Translations under genes and position numbers: made by a program
In this document: piece after piece, positions 28,266 to 42,837 of the stretch
How the letters are laid out: the number at the start of each line of letters is the position of its first letter
Numbering within the stretch: position 1 is the first letter of the stretch
The notes under the pieces: generated by a model
Databases searched by the model: none
Told to the model about the DNA's origin: nothing
The model's input: the letters and a program-made list of their open reading frames with translations, nothing else
From: Octopus vulgaris
Lineage: Eukaryota
Direction of reading: 5' to 3'
NCBI GenBank assembly: GCA_951406725.2
Contig: OX597820.1
Coordinates: forward strand, 65,658,001 to 65,722,000
DNA: 64,000 bases

Positions 28266-28468
28266 AGTGGGTGCCGAAAAGAATCTGGCTTTAAGGTTAT
28301 TGCAAAAGGCCTGGTTGGAGATCCAATCTTCCCAGTTCTTTTACAGGTCTTAGAAAAGCTAAAGAACCACTGCAATTTGAGAGGGGAATATGTTAAATAA
28401 AATCATAATTAACTTATCCTCCGGTATTTTCTTTAACCCAAAGCCAAGAACTTTTCAAAACCTCCTCG
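28264..28468 (+). mobile_element. Mariner-derived MITE
   Basis: Imperfect TIRs GGAGTGGGTGCCGAAAAGAATCTGGCTTT / AAAGCCAAGAACTTTTCAAAACCTCCTCG, with an internal LRGEYVK* mariner C-terminus remnant. Confidence 0.65.
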
Positions 28469-28535
28469 TCAAGACAGACAGATAGACAGGCAGGCAGACA
28501 AATTGACAGACAGGCGGAGAGATAGACAGGCATGC

Positions 28536-28744
<209 letters not shown>

Positions 28745-29852
28745 TTTCGTTTAGGCAATGTAATACTAATAATCTAGTGTGGAACTCTATGTACGTGCGC
28801 TTCTGAACGATGCGTTCGTCGGTTACAGAGCAGCAATAAAGAAAGAGATGACATAGGAATAAACAATTGATTTATGAACTTCATTACCTTATAGCTGTTA
28901 CACGTTAAGCTGGATATAAAGATTATCTTTTAGTACTAATACTGTTTCCGACCCTAATAACTGTTTTTTAATAAGTCTCTTTGTTATTTGCGACATCAGA
29001 GTCTAAAATGACACTAAAATTCTATATAGTGAACAACGTTGTCTGACTCATATGCAGTAGCCGTACACATGCCACTGAGGAAGCTCTCTACGTTGAACAA
29101 ATGAGTTTTGTCTGATACGATATATCTCCGTGCTTTTATGTACCATTCGTCCATATGAGAAGACTTCTGAGCTTACCACCACAGTATTAGGCGTTCTAGT
29201 ATGACATCACGCTAGGTTGGATATAAAGATTGATTCCAGGAGCTCATACTGTTTTCGTCGCTAATAATTATTTAGGCTAATATATAAATGAATATCTTTA
29301 TCTTATTTATGTATTTATTTATTTATTTGTTCGAGAGTAATGCTTTCCATGCGTGTTTAAATACTTTTCGGAGATAAAATTGCAATTCATTTTTTAAGCT
29401 CCGATTAAGCTATAAAGTGATGCATAAACACTCAGCTATGAGTGCATCGCAACGTATAGCAGAAACAGCTAGAAGCTAATGAAGTTCATTATATAATTTC
29501 TTGATTCCTTGTCAGTTATATAATCATTTATGTGTTAATGTTTGTGTGTGTGCATGTGTGTGTACGAGCATGTGTGTGTGTGCATGCGCAAGTGTGTGTA
29601 TATATGCATACACACACATATCTGTATATATATAAGTATGTATGTATATATGTATGCATGTATGTATGTATGTTGGTAGGTAGGTAGATAGGTAGGTAGG
29701 TAGGTAGGCAGGTAGGTAGGTAGGTAGGTAGGTAGGTAGGTAGGTATATAATTCGTATCTAGAAACTGTTTCCTGAAGTTGATTCATTCACACACTCTCT
29801 CTCACACATACACACACACACACTCTCTCTCTCTCCTCACTGAAGTTGACAC

Positions 29853-29893
<41 letters not shown>

Positions 29894-30329
29894 ATGCTTA
29901 GGCACAAGAAGTCCGCTCGTGGAATCAACCGTCGGAAGTCTATAATAGATGTCGCTTTTAAGTGTAATAGCTTCTCTGTCCGTTAATTCTGTTTTTCTCA
30001 CAGACACCAAGTCATTATGAAATTTCTACTGGTTAGACTTCAAAAACAACATAATAATCATCACCATCATCACCATCACCATACTCTTATTTTACCAATA
30101 TTATTTTTATTTACTATAATTTTTCTTTGGTGTTTGTCTAGATTGTGGGTTTTGTAGGTTGCAATATATTATTGAATAGCAATTATTATTTTTAAGAAAC
30201 CATTATTATTACAAGAATTCACTATTATAACAAAAATCAGAATTTTTATTATTACAATTATTGTTATTAAGAAAACATTATTATATGAAATATCTATTAT
30301 TAGTTTCTCGTGGATATTGTTACTATCAT

Positions 30330-31040
30330 TGTTGATGTCGTTGTTATTATTTTTATTTTATATAAAAGTTATTATTTTCCCCATACTTTCACTAGATCTA
30401 TACGAAAAATCTTCTATGTCAGTAGGTGCATCTCGGCGTTCTTGATGTATGTGTCTTTTGCGTATCTAGACTTGTTTGTTTGTATACTTCGTCTGTTTTG
30501 CCTTGTTGCAAGGGATTGGTCTGTGCTAGCTGGTTTTTATTTTAGTATTTCGTCTGTGGTATCTTAATACATACAGTATAAGGTGTGTGACTTAGCTGTG
30601 TGGAGTTTGTTTCGTACATACTTTGTGGTCGATTGTTATGTGTTTTAGTATCGGACGGTTATTGTAAAACGTATGTAAATGTGTAGTTTGTGTAATATTA
30701 ATGTATAGGAAGTGTCTAGGATGTGAGCTATATAAGTTATCGTTGTTGCAGTGTCCGGTATCGATTATGTAAGACTAACAGTTATTTTTTTTTTATTGGT
30801 TATTGATTGTGTCGTGCCTGTGTATGTTTTATGTTATTTTGTTTCATAGTAATTCCGTAGAGTATGTGTTTTGCTAATTGCAATATTTTATTGGGCATTT
30901 ATTGTATAGGGTTTTTTATCGTGCACAGAGTGGGGACCCTTTGTGTTGTATTATAGTACGGCGAATTACGTAAGATGCGAGCTACGTCTATCAAGTTTAC
31001 TTTGTGGACTGTGCTTAACATATGTGAGATTTGGTTTGGT
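30330..31040 (-). mobile_element. Possible very old L1/Tx1-like LINE 3' fragment
   Basis: Strong A/C strand bias on the minus strand and coding-like texture with many stops. No clear motif. Confidence 0.25.
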
Positions 31041-31746
31041 TTGTATATTTTATTATTTATCTTTTACTTGTATCAGTAGTTGAACTGCAACTATGCAGGG
31101 GCAATGCCTTGAAGGGTTTCAATCAAAAATGCCTGGTGCTTATTCTTTGAGTATCATTTATGCTAAATTGCAAACTCATGGGGACATAAACAGCGTTTAT
31201 GAAGGTGGAGGGACAAAGGTAGACAAAAACCATACACATACATGCGGCTGTGTCGTAAGAATCTTGCTTCCCAACCACATGGTTCCAGGTTCAGTCTCAC
31301 TTGGTGACACCTTGGAAAATGTCTTACACACTGTGAGTGGATTTTGTTGAGGGAAACTGAAAAAAGCCTGTCTCAGAATTCGAACACTTGTCAGTAGTTT
31401 CCTAGTGTAGGATGGAGATTCTGTCAAGCCTTTCGAATCTCTTGATACTTAGTTTACTTCATTTTTGTATTTGGTTTACAAGATACTTGATACAAATCTC
31501 AATGTATATTCTTACACCAGTAATAATAACACACGCACTGGTTCAATACTACTTCTATATTGTTAGTCAAATGTTAAATATCTAACCAACGAACTAATCG
31601 ATCGCTTGTTTAATGTGCTGATTAAACAATCAATCGGTTTTTATGACACTCCCAAGACGAAACAATTCGTTTATTATTTTGAGTCGAGAATATACATGTG
31701 ATGGCTAATGTATTTATACTGTCTTATTCCTGGCATTCAATCCAAT

Positions 31747-31794
<48 letters not shown>

Positions 31795-32044
31795 AGAATC
31801 AATCGAATCAATGTTTTGCAGTATTTTGGGGGGCTCTTTATGTTATGAGTTTAAATCGCACAGTGATAAACATTGCTTTTCTTCGTCTTCGGGCCGATAA
31901 AAGAAAGTATATATGAGCCAAGTAACAGAGTCGGTTTAATCGATAACCCCACCCTCTTTTTCAGAAATTTCAGATCTTGTGCCATAATCAGAAACAATTA
32001 TTAGACATTGCGCATGTAGACGATCAAGCTAGATAATCTCTAAG

Positions 32045-32300
32045 AACCCCTTCGTTTATGAATGACCATGGGATTGCACCTAGAAAGTTACCCTCCGAGA
32101 TACAAGTCCGGGCAAAGTTGTTTATAGGTAACCAACAGTTATCCATGCATATCAGCCCACCTTCTCTCCACGCCACTGATGTTATCCAAGGGAAAGGCAA
32201 TGGCCGATACAGCTTGAAACCAGTGATGCTGCAAATCATTTCTACAGTTGAGTGAACTGGAGCAACGTAAAATGAAGTGTCTTGCTCAAGAACACATGAT
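32045..32300 (-). mobile_element. SINE family D (second copy 44300-44480)
   Basis: ATGAATGACCATGGGATTGCACCTAGAAAG... shared between both loci. Confidence 0.8.
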
Positions 32301-32901
32301 GATCAAGAACACAACAAAATTAGACGATAGCCGAATCGATTTCAACAGTCGTGGAAATGTGCGAAAATGATACCGGGAACTGCTCTTTTTATCCTCTTTA
32401 CTTAATGAATTAGATTCAGAAAAGAAAAACTGCGCTGACGACCTTCGTAGGCCCTCCGAGATTTGTCAGATCGATGAGTAACACACAAGAAACATGACTC
32501 GAGTTGATATCTTCAATTTTCTTATATTGTTTGCTTTGAGGTCAGGAAGGTCAAGTTGTATGCGACCACAAAATGTTTGTTACCGTCAAAATGGCGGAAT
32601 GTTTCAGTAACCAATAGGCGGTATAAGTTTACACAGTAACTGCCATCAGGCAAACAATAAACATACTTTCAAGACACACTTCTAGACACTATTTACATAT
32701 ACTCCACGTACACATAGGCTTGTTTTATTTTCTTATTGGTTTCTTCTCTTTCTTATCTCTTACACACAAACACAAACCCCACCACATGTTTGTATTCAGA
32801 CATATGTATGGAGTGTATGGGTTTCATTTCTATGTATATTCAGAATACATACGTATATATAGAAACAGAGACACATACGTGTGTGTGAGAGGGAGAGAGA
32901 G

Positions 32902-32936
<35 letters not shown>

Positions 32937-33437
32937 GGCAGGACTTAGGGCTTAAAATCATCCACTCATTTCTTTCTCTCAGCAGCTGTGCCGGCATCGA
33001 GAATGATCAGCTGACATACTTGAAAAGTTGCTTATCTCAAGACTAACGCCACGATTTTGTTTTCTTTCTCCCCGTGACTAGAGCGGAATTTGAACTTCAC
33101 GCACGGAGAGAACTGAAAGAAATTCTATAAGGCATTATATTGAAGGCCGTAATGACTGCCGTTTCAGCATCAAATATACGTAATATATGTTTGCATGAAT
33201 ACGCATACACACAAACACATGCACACACACATATTTATATATATACATGCATACATTCGTACGTACGTACATACACACACAAACACATATATACATGAGT
33301 GGCTGTGTGGTAAGAAGCTTGCTTCCCAACTACATGGTTCCGGGTTCAGTCCCACTGCGTAGCATCTTGGGTAAGCTTCTCCTACTATAGCATCGAGCCA
33401 ACCAAGCCATTCGAGTGGATTTGGTAGACAGATGCTT

Positions 33438-34760
33438 ATAATTGCAAAGGGAACTTTTTAGCAATATAGTCGTGACTACCTAACTCATATTTACATGATT
33501 CACCCCAAAAAACTGAAACGACTTCGATAGGATTTGAACACAACGAGAGAAAATTCGGTTTATGATTATATTATGTCTGGTCCTCGACCGCTTGTACCAC
33601 CCATCTCTTTTATCTCACTAGCATTAAGATAAACTGGCATATGTGATTGACCTCAGAGGTTAGAGGTCAGAGATTAATGGTAAGAAGAAGAAATGTGGAT
33701 TACGAGAAGGAACCATTGGTTGCGACTGCTTGATTTCTATCGATTTGGAAGTCATGCAACCACATGCCCAGTGGACCAGCTATGCCAACGTCTCGTAGCT
33801 CGTTATATATCATGCCATGATCCACCGTATCAAAGACTTTTTAAAAGGCAAGATATATCACATTGACATCTGAATGGTCAAGCTGTTGTTTCAAAACCTA
33901 GTCAGAATGACATAAGGACTATATGAGACAGCTTCTTCATGGACGGAAGCTATGCAGTGTCTCGTTCAACATGACATTGTTTTCAAGGAATCTTATCAGT
34001 TTCTTCTTGAAGATTGTTTTTTTTTTTTTCTGAAGATTCGCTCCATGAAGTCAGAGAGATCGGTCTATAATTTACTGACTCTACTCTGCCCCCACCTATC
34101 TGCATAGAGCATATAATGCTTTCTTGTAGGTTTCTAGGTTGTTTACCACAAGAAACGAAACGTTGGAAAATTATCTGAAGTGATTTCGCTAAAACCTGCT
34201 TTCATGATTTCAGGTGAATAACTGAGAAGTCATCGCACCAGTTGCTAAGTTTAAACAGATCTTGTCTATTAACCGCTGTTACATTTGCTTCCACAATGTC
34301 GATTATATACACACACACACACATACACACACACACACACACACATATATATGTATATATATGTATGTATATATATATGTATACATATATGCATACACAT
34401 ACATACTCATACATGCACATACATATTCATACATAACATACAGACACATAATGATAGATATGTATAGGTACATATATGCATAAATAAATATGCATAAGCA
34501 TATACATATACATATATTAATAAGATATATGTATGTGCGTGTTTACTCAAGTCTTATACATATATTTGTAAATGTATTTCTGTTTGTCTTTACCGATTTG
34601 CCATCTGTATACATATGTTTCTCCAAATATACACAAATGGAATTTAGACATTTATCTTAGTATGGGTAAGTGAACGTAGGCTTGTGTGATTTGTTTCTGC
34701 GAATGCATACACCCACATACACGCGCGCAGGTTAATATACATATATACATACATACATAC

Positions 34761-34831
<71 letters not shown>

Positions 34832-34842
34832 TACATACATAC

Positions 34843-34873
<31 letters not shown>

Positions 34874-34903
34874 CATACATACATACATACATACATACAT
34901 ACA

Positions 34904-34934
<31 letters not shown>

Positions 34935-35039
34935 CTACACACATATACATATATATTATCCTTAAACAAGAATATTTGACAGAATAATTAACAGTGACTT
35001 CGAAGTTCCTGTCGGTTAAACCATCTTTGCACTAAAAAC

Positions 35040-35098
<59 letters not shown>

Positions 35099-35510
35099 TG
35101 TGTCTGTGTGTGTTCAAGAAGAAAGAAAGAAATATAGTTTCCATCCATGAAAATCGCAGTGCCTAGGGAGTACTGTGGATCACTAAGCTATTGTAGTGAA
35201 ATGGATTTTGCTCAAACACATGGGATCGAAACCGGATCCTCATAATTGCAAAGGGACTTTTTAGCCATATAGTCGTATCTACCTAACTCATATTCATATG
35301 ATTCCCCCCAAAAAAAAACTGAAGCGACTCCAGTAGGATTTGAACACACGGAGAGAAAATTCAGTTTGTGATTATATTATGCCTGATCCTCTACCGCTTG
35401 TACCACCCACTTCTTTTATCTCACAAGCATTAAGATAAAGCTGGCATATGTGATTGACCTCAGAGGCTAGAGGTCAGAGTTTAAGGGTAAGAAGAGGAAA
35501 AGTGGAGTAC
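33438..35510. repeat. Direct duplication of about 265 bp (33438-33703 and 35242-35510)
   Basis: Colinear ATAATTGCAAAGGG...TGACCTCAGAGG(T/C)TAGAGGTCAGAG...GTGGA.TAC. Confidence 0.9.
33704..34300 (-). mobile_element. Decayed CR1-group LINE, RT N-terminal part
   Basis: NYRPISLTS ... HSFRP*RSCL ... DVNVIYLAF*KVFDTVDHG ... WLHDF motifs. Confidence 0.9.
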
Positions 35511-36420
35511 TTCAGAATTAAAATATCGGAGGCTGGGTGTTGGGTGTTCGCGGGGAGATGGGCTTGTTTATGGGGAAACAAATTAGAATTTTCATATACA
35601 TCCGCCTCACCTCACCATACAATATCCGGTGTTTGAGTTGGCGGTATGAGGTTGGTGCTATAGGAATGTTTTGCTTACGATTGCGTTGATGATAATTATG
35701 ACTGGTGATGATGATTATGATCGTGGTATTGGTGGTAGTGGAAGTGTTGGTTGTTGTGGTGGTGCGGTGGTAGTGTAGTAAAGATTTTTATTGAGTTCAT
35801 TATGTCAGTGTTATGATTGTAATATAGATTTCATATTTTGGCACAAGATCAACAAATTCGGAAGAGTGGGTAAGTCGATTAGATCGATCCCAGTGCTTAA
35901 CTGGTATTTCTTTCATCAACCCGGAAAAGATGAAAGCCAAAGTCGACTTCAGCTGAAATAGAACTCAGAACGTAAAGCCCGCCGTCTTTGCTATGATTGT
36001 GATATTCTTTTCTACTCAAGACACAAGGACCGAAATGTTGGTGGGGGCGGGGCAGTCGATTAGAATGACCCTAGTGCGCAATTGATACTCAATATATCGA
36101 CCCCGAAAGGATGAAAAGCAAAGTCGACCTTGGTGGAATTTGAACTCAGAACGAAATGCCGCTAAGCATTTTACCCAGCGTGCTAACAAGTCTGCCAGCT
36201 TGTGATATTGATGGAGATAGTAATGTTCTTATCACTAAAGGTTATAGTCATGTTTACTGTTGTGGTGCCAACCATTGTGGTGGTGATCATGGCCTTAGTG
36301 ATGGTGATTGTCCTGGTGATGATGAAGGCGATGACGATAGTCATATACAAAGTGATGATTATGTGCATACATACACATATATTTGAATACACATGCGTTT
36401 CTGTGTGTGTGTGTGTGTGT

Positions 36421-36471
<51 letters not shown>

Positions 36472-36674
36472 TATGGATGGTTAGCACGTCGGGAAAATGC
36501 TTAGAGACGTCTCGTTCGTCTGTACATTTAGAGCTCTAATTCCGCCAAGGTTGACTTTGCTGAGAATCCTTTTGAGGTAGATAAAATAAATACCAGTTGA
36601 GCTCCGGGATCGATGTAATCGACTTAACCCCTCCCTCGAAAATGCTGGCCTTGTGCCAAAATTTGAAAATAGTA

Positions 36675-36712
<38 letters not shown>

Positions 36713-36762
36713 TGTGTCTGCGTGTGTGTATATGTATATATATATGTGTGTATATATATGTA

Positions 36763-36793
<31 letters not shown>

Positions 36794-36875
36794 CATACAT
36801 AAACATACACACACACATATATATGTGTGTGTGTATATGTATATATATATATATATGTATATATATATGTATATG

Positions 36876-37174
<299 letters not shown>

Positions 37175-37388
37175 GATAAAATTTTTTTCGAAAAAAATTC
37201 TTTTCCAAAAAATTTTTATCAATAGACATATTGTCCATTAACCATTTAATTTTTTCACAATACGCACGCTACTCGAAAAAAGTTGTGAAAAAATTATTGT
37301 GAAAAAATTATATGGTTAATGGACAAAATGTTCAATTTTTCGGCATATTTGGCATTAGAAATTTTTCGTTTGCCCTTATTTATGAATT

Positions 37389-37430
<42 letters not shown>

Positions 37431-37449
37431 GTGTGTGTGTGTGTGTGTT

Positions 37450-37488
37450 CCTTTCTGTCGAAGAGCGTAGGCTCGAAACGTAAAAAGG
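37450..37488 (+). ncRNA. Minimal hammerhead-like motif with A6U core variant
   Basis: CCTTT-CTGTCGA-A-GAGC(GTAG)GCTC-GAAAC-GTA-AAAAGG. Confidence 0.55.
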
Positions 37489-37687
37489 CTTTCTTACTTC
37501 CCGAATGTTAAACTAATACATCTGATTGTCTTGGTTATTTTTTTTGTAAATTGTCACTATGTGTATATATATATATAGATATATATATGTGTGTGTGAGT
37601 GTGTGTGTGTGTGTGTTTGTTTGTGTGCGTGTATATATATATATATATAGATATATATAGATAGATAGATAGATAGATGGATGGATG

Positions 37688-37751
<64 letters not shown>

Positions 37752-38299
37752 TGTATGTATGTATGTATGTATGTAAGTATGTATATATTTTAAAAGGGTT
37801 GCTTATTAGCAATTAGAACCAAGATACATAACAGAGTTTACGAAAGTAACAGAGGGTATTGATTAGCGCCGCTTTTGCTAAAAGAATTAAATCAACTCAA
37901 GAGTCATAAAAGCATAGTCTTGTCAGTAGCGTTTCTCACTTTTGTGACCTATATTATATATATAAATGCTTAGTGGTACTTCATCCGTCTTCACGTCCAG
38001 AGTTCAAATACCGCCGAGGTCGACTTTGCCTTTTATCCCTTCGAGATCGATAAAATAAGTTCTGTAATAACACTCGGAGTCGGTGGGAATGGACTAACCC
38101 ACTCACCGGAAATTGCTAGTCTGCATCAAAATTTGAAATCAATTTTTACCAAATCCTCCCCAGCCGATATTCATTCAAAAACAGAATTTTAATTACATTT
38201 TTGAAATTTTTCCCACCACTTCCCTCGCCGCTCCGATGTCCCCACAATGATTCCCAGAATGGTTGATATTGCTGGAACTACATTCCAAACATTGGCATT

Positions 38300-38590
38300 T
38301 CTTATTTACATTATTTACATTCGACGGATATTTGGCCTTATCTTGTTTGTTGTTAACGCAATGTTTTGGCTGATATACCCTCCAGCCTTCTTCAGGTGTC
38401 TTGGGGGAAATTTCGAACCTGGGTTCTCATTCCTAAGGTATGTTATTATTATTATTATTATCATTATTGTTGTTGTTGTTGGTGGTGGTGGTGTTTTTGC
38501 TATTGTTCAGGTCACTGCTTGGAATCGAACTCGGAATATCATGGGGTTAGTAGCCCGCGCTCTTAACCACTACTCCATATGCCCGTGGGC
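38300..38590 (-). mobile_element. Second copy of the tRNA-headed, hammerhead-tailed SINE
   Basis: Colinear with 43965-44244. Hammerhead-like segment at 38355-38400. Confidence 0.75.
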
Positions 38591-39397
38591 ATTTTTCTTC
38601 AGAGCCTGAAAATAATTCAGCCATCAACAATCACTGATATTCTGTAAGGATCTGTGAGCATTTGAGCCCACATCTTCGACCGAACCTAGAAGAGGGTTTC
38701 TAGTGTCTTTTAATTATTGTTTTAATGGCTCTTGCCCAAGATGTCACCTAGCAGAATTGAAACCGGTTCCACACGATTTCGAATCGAACTTTTTAACCAT
38801 TCGGTAGTACTGCGCCTGACACTACATTGCTGTATATGTGCATGTAACGTATGGATGGATGCATGTGTGTATGTATGTCTGTATGTATGTATGTGTGCAT
38901 GCATGTGCGTATGCATGTGTGTAAATACGTATATCCATATGTATATATGTGTATATGTATGTATGGTTCTATATGTGTGTATGTGTTTAAGTATGGATGC
39001 ATGTAAACATATTTCTATCTGTGTATATAAAAGAGAGATACAAAACCAGACATACATACACACACACACGTACGTACATACACAGACACACATACACACA
39101 CGCACAGAAAGAGAGAGAGAAAATATCACAAATTAGCAGAGAATAACAGCCGAAATGGATTGGCAATTTTCTTTCATCAGCTCTTTAGACAAAAGAATTT
39201 TCGTTTTCGTCTGTTATTGATCTTTAACTCTTTTTGTAAAAAGCTATGCACACAGATTATTACCACAATGTGTATATTCTTTTATTTGTTTCAGTCATTT
39301 GACTGCGGCCATGTTGGAGCACCGCTTTTAGTCGAACAAATCGACACCAGGACTTATTCTTTGTAAACCTAGTACTTATTCTATCGGTCTTACAAAG

Positions 39398-40190
39398 TTT
39401 CTTGTTCCTGAATCCATCCTGCATCTTCATTATGTTGTTTTTCATTTTCCCATATCGTACTCCAGAAATTTTCCACATCCTCTTTCTTTGGCGGTTGCTC
39501 AACAATTATTTGTTGTTTACCGAGTTCCCTGTAAAATTTCTTTCCATCTTCTTTAAATAATTTGTTTTGTCTAAATTGTTTGCTTCTCCTTATATATATT
39601 GTGGCACTCGTTGTGCCTTTGCTTGGATTTTTTGCTTTACTTCAGGTATTTCATTTTTTTTTTTTACTTGGTCCCATGCTTTTTGCGTATTTTCTTGGCT
39701 TTTCTTTGGTTGACCTGGTTTCCGTTACTTATTTCGGTCAGTATTGATAGGTCGCCTCTCATACATTGTATATCCTTTTCTAAGTTTTCTTTCCATTTTG
39801 GTTGTCTTTTCTTCTGTTGAGCAGTTTTCTTTTTTTAGTTTTATGCCTTTTGCTTCAGTAATAGTAGCATAGGCTAGTTGGTTTAGCGATGTTATATTTA
39901 GTGGTTCTATTGTTGTTGATTTTATCTCATCTAGTACATTATTGCCAATTTTAATCAACTCTTTCAGGTTCTTATCCATACTTACTTTTGGTAGGGGATC
40001 TCTGTCTGTGGTGTCGTGTGCTTCTACCTGTTCCCATTTTCTTTGTATTTCTTCTTTTAGTTCCAAATATTTCTCCCTATCCATGTCACTGTTTCGTGCT
40101 GTTGGTTGTTTTACCCACAGAGGGCTCCTCAAATACATCCTCTTCTTAGTTTTCTGTAGTCCCTATTTCTATTTCATTTGTATTTAGTGT
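39398..40190 (-). mobile_element. R4/Dong-like (RLE) LINE fragment upstream of the RT domain
   Basis: NITSLNQLAYA...PKWKENLEKDIQCMRGDLSIL...RQNKLFKEDGKKFYRELGK...PPKKEDVENFWSTIWE with frameshifts. Confidence 0.75.
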
Positions 40191-40378
40191 TATACGGTGT
40201 ACCTGTTGACTTTTCCTGTTATTTCTTCCAGGTCAGTGTTTTATTATTATTATTATTATTATACATACACACATACATATAAATACACATATATATATGC
40301 ATATATATATATATATATACATATATATACATATACATATATATATATATATACACATAGACACACAAGCACACACAC

Positions 40379-40502
<124 letters not shown>

Positions 40503-41167
40503 TCTTTGTTTCTCAGTTCTCTATGGAGTCATAAGTGTGGATTTGTCTCAGGCGAAACCCAACTCAATCCAAGTCTGATCCCATCAAATTTGTTTGTACA
40601 AAAGGACAGAAAGAAGATGCGATAGAACTCTCAAATACATGGCTGCAACGACCCCTTTTACCCCTGTACGCAACTCCTTTGAAGGATACTTCATCAGAGG
40701 GGTTACAAATCTCTTTAGGGCATCGCTCCCTTCTATGAATACAATTCTTCAATTCAAGCAAAACAATTTTTCTTATTCCAGGAAATTTCATTATCAGAGT
40801 GCAATGTATCTCTACAACACCCCGCTCTGCGAGACTCCTTCTCATTCGCCTATTCTTCATTTCTAATATGATCTATGTTAAAAATACTTCAGAAATAACC
40901 ATCAAGATATAAGTACCGTGTCAATAACTTGTATTATAGCCGATAGTTTTTACGCTATTTACACAAGCAGTGAATAGTCGTCTTATATCAATATAGCTAT
41001 TATTAATAGACAGACGTGACAGAAATATTTATTAACTGCCCGTCAATTTCAATAGACTTCATGTTGTTGTTCCTTGTTGATTTGGTGTTGTTTTGTTGCT
41101 TTATCATTATTGCAGCTGCTACTACTGCTCTTGCTGCTGCTGCTACCGTTGCTGCTACTGCTGCTTC

Positions 41168-41198
<31 letters not shown>

Positions 41199-41524
41199 AC
41201 TGTTACTTCCGTTGTTGTTGTAAGAATGAAGTGCGATGAAATAGCAGAAGCGGTAAAGTACTAGATTTCGTTAAATTGCTCTTCGGTTGCGCATTAATTT
41301 TTAACGTTATAAGTTCAAATTCCGTTGGAATCGATATTATCTTGTATATCCCTGGTATCGATTGAATAAAGTAGTAATTGTTTTCAAAACCTTTCTTTAG
41401 CCCAAGCCACGCTGAATAGTACGTTTAAGCCTTTCGTAATGTTATACTATCATCAATGGCTGTTTCTCGTAATTGAGTTATATCATTTTTTACCTATTGA
41501 AGAAAACAGCAGACAGGAATATCA

Positions 41525-41703
41525 AAGGCTTTAGTCGAGCAAATCGACTGCAGGACTTATTCTTTGTAAGCCTTGTACTTATTCTATCGGTCTCTTTTGC
41601 CTAACCGCTAAGTTACGGCGCCGTAAACACACTAGCATCGGTTGTCAAGCGATTTTGGTGGGACAAACACAGACACACAAACACACACACTCACACTCAC
41701 ACT

Positions 41704-41746
<43 letters not shown>

Positions 41747-41907
41747 GTATACGACGAGCTTCTTTCAGTTTCCATCTACCAAAACCACTCACAAGGCTTT
41801 GGTCGACCTGCGGCTATACTAGAAGACACTTGCTCAAGGTGCCACGCAGTGGGTACTGAACCCGTAGTTGGTAAGCAAGTTACTTACCACACAACCACTC
41901 CTGCCCC
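41525..41907 (-). mobile_element. SINE family A
   Basis: Reverse complement of family A. Confidence 0.85.
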
Positions 41908-42518
41908 CTAATGTACATTTATGTGTGTATGTCTGTGCTTGTGCATGCGTGTGTGTGCATATATGTGGTTATTCTGAAAGAAAGCAGATGCAATATGTTA
42001 CCGATGTATATGAGAAAAAAATATGCATACGTACAGACCATGTACAGATGACAAAACCAGATATGACCTCAGCCATTTTACAGAATAGGGCGATAACAAA
42101 ATGGAAAATCGTATACAGTACGGAACATATACAGAGAAGGACTGCAATACATCTGTTGTTATCGTTACGCTTGTACGCACTCGTCTCGTCTGAGTGCTAA
42201 GACTATTTATTACATTTGTTATTGCGATTGAGCCGAAAGAATATTTACATTTCTTGGTTAGGCTCTGACCCAGTCATGTTTATTTTAACATTTTGCTTTG
42301 TAGTTTTAATCATTATTTTGTAGTTTTTAATCATTGGTAGCTCAAGTTCTAGCTGCCGAAACCGCCAACTGAACATTTCTGTTAGAAAGTGTTCTAAACC
42401 ACAGTGAAGTTTAGCAGTCGGATGACCGTCAGTTAGTTGGTTTCTATCATATTTTATAATCTGTCTGTCTGTCTGCCTCTCACCCCTCCGTCGTCCCTCT
42501 CTCTCTCTCTCTCTCTCT

Positions 42519-42566
<48 letters not shown>

Positions 42567-42796
42567 ATAAAACAAGGATATCCAGAGGTAATGCAGTACG
42601 ATCGTTTCATGCGACTCCATTTAATTGAACAATGCAATCATTTCATTACATCAATTTAAAATGTAGAGCAATCTTCAACTGCGCAAAGACATAGAATTTA
42701 ATTAAATTAGAAGCACACATTAGTATAATTTTACCCAAAATCTCCAAGAGGATAAGGAAATAGACAAAGAACATGTTTTACCAACAGCATCCCAGT

Positions 42797-42834
<38 letters not shown>

Positions 42835-42837
42835 GTA

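Noticed and set aside
33438-35510. LTR retrotransposon interpretation
   Set aside because: The enclosed RT is non-LTR (CR1-like) and antisense, with no TG..CA ends, PBS or PPT seen.
38510-38590. tRNA-like sequences here and at 44170-44244, 44871-44930, 57030-57100, 20700-20772
   Set aside because: They have A/B boxes but no complete cloverleaf, and each continues into a SINE body.
40655-40710. Minus-strand CCCCT-CTGATGA...AGGGG hammerhead candidate
   Set aside because: It lacks the GAAA and stem III/NUH elements.
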